DNA of 64,000 nucleotides from Camelus dromedarius. Lineage: Eukaryota. Made by a program: the position numbers and the translations under genes. Shown one piece after another: positions 26,805 to 38,029 of this stretch. Location: assembly GCF_036321535.1 (NCBI RefSeq), contig NC_087437.1, forward strand, positions 83,950,001 to 84,014,000, read 5' to 3'. Below the pieces are notes generated by a model that was not told where the DNA came from, made no database searches, and saw only the letters and a list, made by a program, of their open reading frames with translations. Every line of letters starts with the position of its first letter. Position 1 is the first letter of the stretch.

Positions 26805-27245
26805 GTATCGGGTAGGTCTTTTCAACTGCTCTGCATTGTGTCAATCTGTAGTAATGGACTACTTGGGTAATTAAGTCTTGAGTAATAAAAACCTTTACTT
26901 ATCCTTCTAGCATGTTTCACCAGTTCAACAATGTCTTCAAGGGCTTAGGGATTTTTATCTGTCTGCTTCACCATTCTCAGTATGAAGACCTTTTATACTC
27001 AGGCTTTTTGCTTCAAAATAAGACTGCTGCTAAATATCCCACCCTCTCTCAATGTAATCCAAAGCTAGAAGGGTAGAAGAGAAAAGGCAAAAGTCTTTCC
27101 CTAACGCTACGTTTTGATCAGTAAGCAAAAAATTTCCCAGAGGCAATCCATTAAAACTACTTCAACATCACATCACTGAGAACTTGGTCACATGGCTGCT
27201 CCTGGGCCAAAAACAGGCAGATGGCAGGATTATCATGATTAAATT
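26805..27245 (-). mobile_element. Old ERVL/MaLR LTR remnant (LTR33/MLT1-like)
   Basis: 'cagttcaacaatgtcttcaaggg...tttcccagaggc...agaacttggtcacatggctgctcct'. Confidence 0.55.
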
Positions 27246-27249
27246 GAAC

Positions 27250-27390
27250 TATTGTTTCTCAACTAGATTGGTACAACTCTCTAAGGGGTATTTGGAAAAC
27301 TTTGAGAGGACTTTTTAAAAAATTGTCACTGAGTCTGGGACATAAAGCTGAACTTGAATTGTGGGGGCCAAGAATAGTAAACACGATGTT
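27250..27390. mobile_element. hAT-Charlie MER20-like fragment
   Basis: 'ttgtttctcaact...aggggtatttggaaaa...ttgtcac...tgtgggggccaagaatagtaaaca'. Confidence 0.45.
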
Positions 27391-29159
27391 AACGTCAAAG
27401 AGTTAAACTTGATCAGGACTTTCTGTTTCAAAAGTTTCATTAAAAGCACAAGTTTAGGCAAAAGTGTACCTTCCCTTGGGGACGGGCACATTATTGCCTG
27501 AACAAAATTGTATTTAGAATGGGAAGAAAAAAGGATGCTTTGTGGTAGGCAAGCAATTGTGTCTGCCACAATTTTTATGCTGTCTCTCCATGACTCATTA
27601 TGCCTTTCTTTTTATAAAACTCCAAACCACAAGGGGAATGCATATATAAAACTGTATATACCTTGGGTAAGATATATCACATTGACTTGCTATTGTTTTG
27701 CACAATGCTCTGTATTTCTGCCATCGTAAATACTGGTTGATGATGCTGACTATGGCATGTGTGAGGGATTGTAGATTAGCTTGAAAAGAAAAATAAGTAT
27801 ATCTGGTGACTATAATTGTCAAAGCATTACTCACACACTTGAAGTTAGCTTTACTCAAAAGCTTTGTCATGGGCCTGAACTTTGATTCTTTTCATTTCAT
27901 ATAATGGACCCTTAATGCTTTTAAAACTGGAAATCCTGATCAAATACCAAGTCTGAAGGTAATATTCCTCACTTTTATTAAAAACTTTTATATGAGTAAA
28001 ATGGAATTTTGATATCCAATAAATTGAAGGAGTATTTTAATAATGCATGGAAACTTACACCAATATCAATTTTAAGACTACATGAAGCAGTGATAGGAAA
28101 TAGGCTTCAATATTCAGATAAGTACAAAATAAATGTTAGGATATATAAACTATTTTTATAGGCAGTATAAAAGCACTGTAGTTAGGGAAGTACCCAAAAA
28201 AGCCTACTGAAAAGTTCAACTCATTTGTTATGGTATTTTAATTATTTCTTATAATTGTCTATTGTTAAAATTATATTACCATTGTAACTAAATTTGAAAA
28301 GGACTGCCAGGTCCACTCCATCACTTTTATTAATACTCTTCCATCACAGAAAGAAAATACCTATGACTACTATCTGATTCCATCCCAATCATGTGTGCTT
28401 CCAGACTCTCTGGCTCTATTACCTAACTTCTGATAAACTTAATGGATATATCTTTGATCAGTGCACAGTAAAATACTTTGCTGATATTAATATATTTAGC
28501 ATTTTATCTAACTCTTTTAGTTTCCTGTATTTATGTAATTTCATAAATTACATTTATGTAACTATCTTTGTGCTCACCTAGCCCAGTTATGCACAATTAG
28601 TTGCATAATAAATGCTTTTTGAATAGATAATGATAAATTACCTTTTACAGAATGATTCTCAAGTGAACTGAAAGAATTACTACTTAATTAAAAAAAAAAT
28701 CCACTGCACTTCACATGAGAAATTAAACCTGTTTTAAATATAATTTGGAAGAAAATAAGATTAAATCTAGAAATCTCTAATAGTTATTTCTGCCAAGTTT
28801 TAATATGCATGCACATTCACTTGGTCTTAAACGTTGAAGTTAGATCAAAAAAATTATAAAATCAAATAATTAGACCAAAGTTAGTATATGGATACCACAG
28901 TCAACTGAATTTGCAATACAATATCAGGGTAATTTTTATTATAAGATTTATATCTTCTGAGGATAAATTTAGAAATTTAGGAAAAAAATTTGGCTTATGA
29001 CATTCCATTCCTTATAAGGAATCATATTATATACTATATACTACATTGTCATTTTCATTCAATTTTACTTTTTAACATTAGCATAGAAGTGTATGTAAAA
29101 TAATTTCCTTTCATACACAAACACAAAAATATGATTGTTCAAAAATTAAAGTTTAAAAA

Positions 29160-29298
29160 GTGATGGAAATGTTAGCTATCTTGATTGTGGTGATGGTTTC
29201 ATTGGTGTATACATCTATCAAAATTCATCAAATTGTACATCTGAAATATGTATAGTTTACTGTACAAGAATCATACCACAATAAAGGTGTTAAAAAAA
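29160..29298 (+). mobile_element. Old L1 3' terminus
   Basis: 'gatggaaatgttagctatcttgattgtggtgatggtttc...tcatcaaattgtaca...caataaaggtgttaaaaaaa'. Confidence 0.85.
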
Positions 29299-30274
29299 GT
29301 TTATCAGTGCATTAAACAAAGAATAGTAGTTTTGCAAAGTTTCAGAAAATTAGGTAAGACAATAGAGTGATTAACTGTAGGTAGATGTTTGTAACTTGAT
29401 GCTTCTTTAATCAAAGATACCAGGTCTTGATAGAGGCTCTTAAAGAGATTCAAATTTTAATTCAACTCTTAAGTGAGAAACATGTACTTGCCATACAAAT
29501 TCATTTCAGAAATACTGAAGTTTATGGAAAGAGCCTTTAGTTGATAAAATACTTCATAAAAGCATGCTAAATTTTAGCAAGGAAGTTGCCATACACTGAA
29601 GCTCCTCAAAGGCAATGACTAACAACTGTACTTTCTCTAAGAATTTACTCCAGTCTATAAACTTGACTTGTTTAATCACAACCCTTTTCCCTTACAAACA
29701 TTTGTTTCTAGAATGAGAACTTAGTAGAAGTAACCTCATAGTCATTTCCATTGGTAACTTTGAGCCACTTTTGTATACCATATTAACCTTCCCAGAATTA
29801 CTGTGGGAATACATAGTTCTTCCCTGACCCCCAAAGTAAAAAAAATCAAATTATTCACTGAATAATTTTTTGGTAACTTTTTTGTACACTGAATTCCTAA
29901 TAGGCACTGGAGATGTAATAATGAACAAGAGACAGTTTTTACCCTAGAAGCAAATACATTTTACCTTATCTAAGAAAAATCAGTATCAATTGATAATGAA
30001 CATATCCAAAATTTTAAAATGTAATGCTCCTTAAAAACAGAGAACTGATTATAGAGAGGCCAAAGCGCTATATCTAGGGAAACAAATTATGAGGATATTT
30101 TATGGGTCCAGGCAGAAATTAATTGGACTAGACTGGGTGTTTGAAATCATGAAAAGACAAGAAAGTAAAGTGAGGTGGTAAGAACTGTAAGATTTTGTGA
30201 TGACTTGAATCTCCAAGAAAGGGAAGAGGAAGTTTTAAAGATGGAAGTTTTTTTTTTTCATACAGCAGGTTAAT

Positions 30275-30685
30275 ATATTGCAGAGACCACTGGTTTTCCC
30301 TCCAATTACTACTCTTCTTCTTTTCAGTAATAATAAAAATATAAGATAGACATTCTGTGTCCTAGCTAAAGACTACATTATCTAGCCTCCTTTGAAGCTG
30401 TATACAGCTATGTGACTAGGTCTGAGCCAAAGAAATATGAACAGAATCGATGAATGCAAAATGGGTAATGCTTGCAAAATAAAGGCATATGCCCTATGGA
30501 CTTTTCTTCCTTTTCCTCTAATTCATGAAAGAGGATGTGATAGTAGGAGCTGAAGAAGCAATTTTGGACCCTGAGATGGAAGTTTTGAGGATGAGATAGT
30601 GACTAGAAAAGAAGCCTGGATCCTTAACAATATGGGACCACCATATCATACCTGTACTGCTAAGAGGAATAAAATTGTAACATAC
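30275..30685 (+). mobile_element. ERVL solo LTR (LTR16-like)
   Basis: 'agctaaagactacattatctagcctcctttgaagctg...ctatgtgactaggtctgagccaa...gcaattttggaccctgagatggaag'. Confidence 0.7.
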
Positions 30686-31984
30686 AACTGCAGACTTTGA
30701 AAGGAAGAATACAGGGACATGAAAGAGATTACAACTGATTAGCTAAAGTGGAATATGCAGGGTAAAAAAAGAGATAGGAGACCCATCCTCCCTTAGAGGG
30801 GAAGAAAATAAAAATATCAGAAGTTTTACTAGTTACCCATAAAATGATATGGAATTTTATAAGAAAAGAAGAGAGAACTGGGAGAATATGTTATAATAGG
30901 GGTAAGATTTAATTAATAAAAAGCTTGCAAGGGTTTCTTCAACATAATCTTGAGAAAGATTATGACTTGCTTTTACAATGCTAGTGGGTACTGGGGTATC
31001 AATAAAATCCATCAATACTTTGAAAAGCGTAACATTCATTTTTCATTCAGTTACTCAAAATTTCAAGCAGCTATAGCTACTAAAAAGATGATCCATCAGT
31101 ATTAACGAGCCTTGCATTTTTTAAAAACCCAATTAAGTTATAAATACTTTGTGGGCAAATACTATGCCATGTGTTTATATATTTTTGAGGAAATCAGGAT
31201 TTATCGCTAAGCACAAAATAGGTCTTGAACATTATTAACTTGATATACCCATAGGGAAATGCCATCTAGTCAATACCTGATTAAGCACTAATAACACAGC
31301 ATATTTGAGATCAATAAACTGTAGGTGAATTCTGTGGAACTCCCTCATATTTCTGGGTCCACTTAAACCCAAATAGAAGACTTGCCTTGTCATCAGCCTC
31401 TCATTCATTCATTTATGGAGTGCTTATTCACGTCAGATGTTAAAGCACCAGAGATAAGAGGCAGGAGTAAGATTCTTAGAAAAGTCATCTCATATCAGAA
31501 TGGAATCATTCTTGTGCTCCTCTGACTCCTCGACTATGCCCTGATTGCATTCGCGACGCCAATTTCTAAGCAGTTTGCTTTGACCCTGTTTCAAAGTGCC
31601 ACATTCAAAATTTATGCTAATTACATTCAGTACATACCTCTATTTGCCTCACTTTATTTTGACATATCCTTGATTTATGTACAAGTGAAATATTTTACTA
31701 ATAGTATTCATGTTCCGAATTTTTCTTCCTCATTGAGAATTCCTACTTGTATTTCCTTACTATTCTATTTGACTTCCCTGAAGTAAACAATCCAGAATTT
31801 ATATTTTTGCTTAGACTTCGAACATTTACCCCAAGCTTACCATTTGGCAAACACAAAAATCCAATCCTTTTTTTTCTCCTTTCTCCCTCTCCCTCCCTTC
31901 CTTCCTTCTTTCTTCTTCTCTTTCCCCCTTTCTCTCCTGTAGAATCCATGATATTCTTTCCAAGCTAATTTTAAAAAGGCCTAT

Positions 31985-32810
31985 ATGACATGATTAGTCA
32001 TTAGGGAAAGCAAATTAAGACCATAAACACCTACTAGAATGATTAAAATTTAAAAAAGACAATACCTGTGCTGACAATGGCATGGAGGAACTGGAATTCT
32101 CATAGACTACTGATGAGAATTTCAAATGATAAAGCTACTCTGTGAAACAACTTGGTAGTTTCTTATAAAGTTAAATACACACTTAGCATATGATCCAGCA
32201 ATTCCACTTCTAGACATTTACCTAAGTGAATTGAGAACCTATATATAAATACTGTATTTGGAAGTTTTATTATTCACATTTTAAATAATATTATTCAAAC
32301 TAGCCCAATATTAGGGGAAACACAACAAATTTCATTAACTTGTTAATGAGTAAACAAATTGTAGGAAATCCATTCAACACAATACTACTCAGCAATAAAA
32401 AGAAACAAAGTTTGACACAACATTGTAAAATGATTATAAATCAATAAAAAACGTTAAAAAAGAAAAAAAAGAAACAAACTACCGATACATGCAACAACTT
32501 GGATGAATCACAAAGGCATTATAGTCAGACTTAAAAGGCTATATATTCCTAACTCCCTTTGTATGACATTCTGGAAAAGGCAAAACCACAGAGACAGAAA
32601 TCAGAACATTGGTTGCCAAGGCTGGAGTTGAGAAAGGAGGTCAGCTGCACAGGGGCATGAGGGAATTTGTTTGAGTTGACAACAGTGTTCTGTATCTTGA
32701 TTGTGGTAGTGATTATACAACAATATACGTTGCTCAAGACTCACCAAAGCTGCAAAATTAAAAAGGATTAATTTTACCGTATGTAAATTATATCTCAATT
32801 TTTAAAAAAG
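31985..32810 (+). mobile_element. Old L1 3' region (L1MD/ME-type)
   Basis: 'ttagtcattagggaaagcaaattaagacca...catatgatccagcaattccacttctag...atacatgcaacaacttggatgaatc...tgtaaattatatctcaat'; interrupted by a tiny young L1 at 32410-32465. Confidence 0.9.
32410..32465 (+). mobile_element. Extremely 5'-truncated young L1 (same family as the 42.8-44.2 kb element)
   Basis: 'tttgacacaacattgtaaaatgattataaatcaataaaaaacgtt'+A-tail resembles the reverse complement of 42798-42845; 13-bp TSD aaaaagaaacaaa at 32397-32409 and 32466-32478. Confidence 0.85.
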
Positions 32811-33280
32811 TGAGGATCAGAGGTAAGATTTTATTTAAAAAACACTTATAAACTACACTTGCTCTGAGTTCTGATTCTGTGAACATAGGACTATATGGAT
32901 TAGGAAGTAGAAGGGAAAAAAATAGACTTCTCTGCTCTTTAATTGTAGGCAATTTTTTGAAAGAGCCATGTTATCTTTGTAGCCATTTCTTTTCTTATTT
33001 CTCTCTGTATCCTGCAGCTCCCTCTCTATCTTCCCAAACTCTTGGACCACTTTTGATGTCTTCAACTCCAATATGTGTCCTTCATGTAAGTCTATATTTT
33101 TTGTCCTACAATGGTTCATTCTTCACAACTGCCTCCTGTTTCACCCTCTCCTCAAATGGAAATCTGCTAGTAAATTTTTTCCCAGTAATGTATCTGAGGA
33201 AGTTGGTTTTATTGAATTTATACAAATATATGAAGGCATGAAACATAAGAAGATAATTTGGCAAAGAAAATAAATGTCTT

Positions 33281-33630
33281 TTTTTCTTCCAGTTCTATTA
33301 AGATATAATTGACATATAGCACTATATGAGTTTAAGGTGTACAGCATAATGATTTGACTTGCATACCTCACAAAGTGATTATCACAACAGGTTTAGTGAA
33401 CGTCCATCATCTCCTATAGATACATATCAAAGAAACAGGAAAACATGTTTTCCTTGTGATGAGAACTCTTAAGATTGTTATACTTTAATGTATAACACAC
33501 AAAAGTGTTAACCATATTTATCGTCTCTTGTACTTATCCACTTATAGGTGGAAATCTGTACTTTTTGACTGCCTTCATCCAGTCATTCCTCTTTCCATCC
33601 CCTAACTCTGGAAACCACAATCTGATCTAG
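33281..33630 (-). mobile_element. 5'-truncated L1 3' end (L1MA9/artiodactyl-type) with TSD
   Basis: 'agatataattgacatatagcact...tttaaggtgtacagcataatgatttgactt'; TSD aaagaaaataaatgtctt (33263-33280) / aaagaaaacagatgtctt (33633-33650), followed by a TTTT/AA endonuclease site. Confidence 0.85.
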
Positions 33631-34019
33631 GGAAAGAAAACAGATGTCTTTTAAAATTAATTTTAATTGCTATATCATCAAGCCAAGTCAAAGAAATTGA
33701 GCAAAATAAATATTTAATTTTAAATAAATACGTATTAAATTTACTATATATTAAAATCAGGTAGTGAGGGAGAAAATATTAATATTTTTGACTGAAAGCA
33801 CACCGCCATAGCATGACAAGTCTCCAGTTGTTGAGCCAGAGCTTTTAAATTGTTTTCTTTTTCCTCAAGACTTTCCTTGCTTTTAATTTTAAATGCACAG
33901 AACCTCTTAAAGTCCCAAGTGTTTTTATGACAGCCGCTGTGTTCACTGCTGTTGGTTACCTCCACACAGGCATTTTTCTCCTTCTTACTTGTTAACAAAG
34001 TCATATTTCATTCACTCCT

Positions 34020-34815
34020 TGGGTATTAGGAGAGGCCGGGACCACTCTGGCTCAGTCAGGTAAACAGTCATGGTAATTTTATTCCCCTTGCCAACAAGGG
34101 ACTTAATTGAGGAGAAGTTGACTCAGGGCTTCTAGGAAAGATTTTTCTCACAGTTTAAAAGGGACATGGGTAAGGTTTTATGAATGGCAATGCGCTGCCC
34201 CCAAATTCATATGTTGAGGCCCAGATCCCAAAGTGACTGTACTTGGAAAGAGAGCCTGTAAGAAGGTAGTAAAAGTGAAGTGAACTCATAAGGGTGTGGC
34301 TTTAATCCAGCAGGAAAAGGAAGAGTCGCCAGACCTTTCTCTCCACACTAATGCAGAGGAAAGGCCATGTGAGAAGGCAAGAAGGTGGCTGACTACAAAT
34401 GAGGAAGAGAACCCTCACCAGAAAACAACTTTGCTGGTTGTTAATCAATCAATGGATTTCTAGCCTCCAAAATTGTGAGAAAACAAATGTCTTCTGCTTA
34501 AGCTACCTAGTTTATGGTAGTTTGTTATGGTAGCCCCAGGAAACTAAGACATAAGGAAAACACCCATTTTCTCTTTGCAGGCTTTGGACATAGCTCTGTG
34601 AAAAGTTGATGACTGGAGCTTCTGCAGTTATTTTGAGTTCATGAAGGGAAAAGCCTGAGGGCAAAAGCTGACAAGCTGAGGATATCAGGTGGAGAGAAAG
34701 GATATGAGTCCTTGATGACTGCACTGAAATCTTGTAGAAACCAAATCTCTCTCTCTCCCCACCCACCCAGCTTGTCACTTAGTTGGATTCCTACCTGTTC
34801 ATATCCCAACTGACA
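34020..34815 (+). mobile_element. Old ERVL/MaLR LTR (LTR33/MLT1-like) split by a younger MLT1
   Basis: 'gggcttctaggaaagatttttctc' ... 'ttgatgactggagcttctgcagttattttgag...gtccttgatgactgcactga' reads continuously once 34176-34556 is removed. Confidence 0.6.
34176..34551 (+). mobile_element. MaLR solo LTR (MLT1A/B/C-like)
   Basis: 'cccccaaattcatatgttgaggccc...atggtagtttgttatggtagccccaggaaactaagaca'; perfect 5-bp TSD TAAGG at 34171-34175 and 34552-34556. Confidence 0.9.
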
Positions 34816-35429
34816 GAGTGCCACCAATGGTGACAGTGATGTCTCCTAATATGGGTGGGTGTGGGAGTACAAGAACGACAGAGACCACCTATAGATACAA
34901 AAAAACGTTTGGGCAGGAACTGCCTGAATAACAGTTTTCACCTTTGGAAAACTCTTCAATGTTTAACTGAAATCCTTCATGCTACATTGTTTGGAGCAAA
35001 AGTCTTATCTTTTGTAGCACTTGCCCCTTATAGACTATAAATATCCATCTCATAAATTTTTTTAATCTATTTAAAAATTTTATATGGAGAAAATATTTTG
35101 GTTATCACTGTTTCACACAGACCCTAAGCCCTGTGACAAGCCAGCTGGCTCTGGCCCAGACAGTGACTTTCCTTGGCACAAAGGAGGTTTGGTTCTTAAA
35201 CAGCTCAAGGGAGGCTAAGCTACCAGAGCTCCATTCTGTTGTCAACCCTTCTGTGGCATCAGTGAAGGCCATCTGTCAACCTTACAGCCCTTATCACTCA
35301 GTTCAGAATGTTGGCTGCTTCTGTCGGGGCAGGTTTGTGAGCTTTGGGGTGTCCAGGAGCTAGCTGTGAACTGCTATTTTCCCCTGCAATACGTGTTGTT
35401 TCTTCTACTGTCTTGTGACTTGGGCCCAT

Positions 35430-35650
35430 AGCAATACACATTTGACTTTGTCCTAAGCCCTGTGAAAAGCCCTTATTATTTATTTTAATCCTAACAGTTA
35501 CCCTCAGTTAGGTATTAGCATCCCTGTTTTGCAGATATGAGGTAACTTGTCTGAGGTAATCAAGAGAGTAAGTGGCAGAGTCAGGATATAAATTCATATT
35601 AATCTGACCCCAAAGCCTGTGTTGTTAAATACTTCAGTCTATTTCCATTG
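35430..35650 (-). mobile_element. MIR SINE
   Basis: 'taggtattagcatccctgttttgcagatatgagg taacttgtctgaggt...gtaagtggcagagtcagga...tctgaccccaaagcctgtg'. Confidence 0.8.
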
Positions 35651-35869
35651 TGAAATATCACATGATAGAGGGGCTGCTCAGATACTATTAATTCTCTTCT
35701 TTCTAGGATGAGGTAAAAAGGACTTTAAAGAAGAGAATAGGAAGGAGTAAAGAAAAGATGGAGGCCTGAGAGGTCAAAGTGACATCAGGCCAATGCAATC
35801 TGTGATAATCTAAGTGCTGGACCCCTGTAAGGGTTGTCATGAAGCACGTTGGGACCATTGAGAAGTATC

Positions 35870-36370
35870 TTTTGTTTGTATCTGCCCAGTATACCTGCTC
35901 CCATTCCCATACCCTATAGCTTCCTCCACACTCCATGTCATTTTGGTAGGACTGCCCATCACAACACTCCATTCCTTTCATTAAGTGAATGGTCTAGAAG
36001 TGGGTATGTTATCCAAGTCACAACAATCACAGATTATTAATTCAGTGAAGATAATAAGGGGCCATCCATCTCCTTTCTCATATTATTAAGCAGAGATGAT
36101 TTCAGGATAGATCATTATAGTCATGTTTCCAACCTCTTGGAAAAGAACCTTTATGCAGTAGCAAAGAATGGGTGGAGAAAGACAAAAGAGCCAGAATTTG
36201 AGAGACAATCCTAGTAACAATTGTATTTCTGGTTCCAATCACTGAGATCCCTAGAGAGGACTTGGTTCCTGTGGCAAGGCTTCTGATATGTGAAGTGTAT
36301 GCCCTTCCATTAAGTCTTGCCTACCCTTTTTTTGCATTTCTTTAACTTGCAACCAAACAATACTGACCAT
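35870..36370 (+). mobile_element. Old ERVL-type LTR remnant
   Basis: Ends with 'acttgcaaccaaacaatactgacc', typical of LTR33/MLT1-class 3' ends; interior diverged. Confidence 0.4.
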
Positions 36371-37064
36371 GGCAGACTTTAGGGGATAAGTAGCACAGCA
36401 AACACCAGGACCACAAACTACAAAATCCAAAGTGGCATGATAAAGTTACAACCTGGGCAAGTGACAAAAATCTCAATTACGTGATACAGTACATATCTGC
36501 AAGGCTTTTAGAGTTTCTAGGTTGTGATGATATGTGGAGTCAGCTATAATGGGTTTGGCAGCATTTTCATTTCTGAGATTCAAAGAATAATTTGCTTGAG
36601 TTGAAGAGAAGTCTAGTGTCCTCTGGGCAAGGCCATAGCTGAACATATTGGATGTTCATACAAGAGCAAAATAAACAAAAATGTAGTATAAGATCTGAGT
36701 AGATATTCAGAGACAGGTTAGATAGAGTACGGATGCATTCCAGAGACTCCACAGGTGCCGAATAGTTAATCTTAGGTACAATAAATATCATGTTAGTGAC
36801 AGAAAGAATATAGTGCATGGCTTCATTCATCAAGATTTAATTGCATACCTACTATGATCACACATTGCCATTATGACAAAGGTTGGTTCTGGCTGGTATA
36901 AGATCCAGTCTGTGGTAATCATGTAGAACTGCATAATGTGGCAGGACTATGTGGGCAAAAGGTCCCAGGGGATAGGCTTTCAAAGGATAATCGATTATAC
37001 TTATTCATGGGGGAAAAAAAAATCAGCTGTAATTTGTGATTTCCTCATACTTCCCAAGTTCTTT

Positions 37065-37310
37065 CCTTTCCAGTGAGTTCCAAACTCATATATCCATCTT
37101 CACTTAGAAATCTGAGAGTTATGTCAAATTTAGCAGGGCCAAAATAAAACTACTGTTCTATCAGTCTTCTCTATGTTAGTAAATGGCTACACCATTCACT
37201 CACTGAGTTCCTCAAGTCAAATATCTCTGAGTCATCCTTGTTTCTTTCCTCTTTTAATCTGATACAAACTCCCTTTATCCAACTCATCAACAAGTCCTCT
37301 TAGTTATTAG
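37065..37310 (+). mobile_element. L2 fragment
   Basis: 'gagttccaaactcatatatcca...gtaaatggctacaccattcac...gagtcatccttg...tcaacaagtcct'. Confidence 0.7.
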
Positions 37311-38029
37311 TTTGTTAAGCTATCCCAACCAAAGAAGTACACTCATACATAAGAAACAAAGCCCTCCTCAAAGGTCCAAGAGTGAACCGATAAATTCTCA
37401 TGGTATAAACATGATGACTGTGATATATCTATTGGGTTATTAGCTAAACCTTTCAATTTTATTTTATTTTAATAAAATTTACCTTTTGAATATTGTGTTT
37501 CTCATACTTATTAAAATGAAATTGGTATTGCTTTCAGTGTTGACAGACTCATTTTTCCCAATTATAGTTCAAGAGTAGTAAATACATGTCCTTGCTGAAA
37601 GTTAGCATCACCCTTTTCTACCATAGGTGGGAAAAGTTTATGGCACAGGTGTTAAAAGCCAGTAAAGTATGACAAAAATGTTGTTTTGTTATATATCCCT
37701 TGAGTTTTGTTTCTTGAAAAAAATGACTCCTGTATAAACACTGGCATGGTGAAAGTAGAATTCACTCTATTTTTATTCTTTTAGCCTAGTGAAATGGGGA
37801 GAAAGGGAAAAAGTGAGAATAATTAAGAAAAGAAATAGAATGACCAATTAAAATTTAGCATACCTCAAAATAATGGGCATCTGGAACTAATGAAAATATT
37901 TGTAAGATCAATTAGGTCTTTAAACATATCATTTACTATTTGAAAATCTTCCTTTGAGAGTAGTGACTTCAAAGAATTTGCAAATTTGCCTTATAATAAA
38001 TTAGAGATTAGGTACATCATCTGCAGGTG

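Noticed and set aside
27662..27779. Minus-strand exon encoding NLQSLTHAIVSIINQYLRWQKYRALCKTIASQCDISYP
   Set aside because: AAG acceptor and gtatat donor are weak, the peptide is unrecognised, and I found no partner exons.
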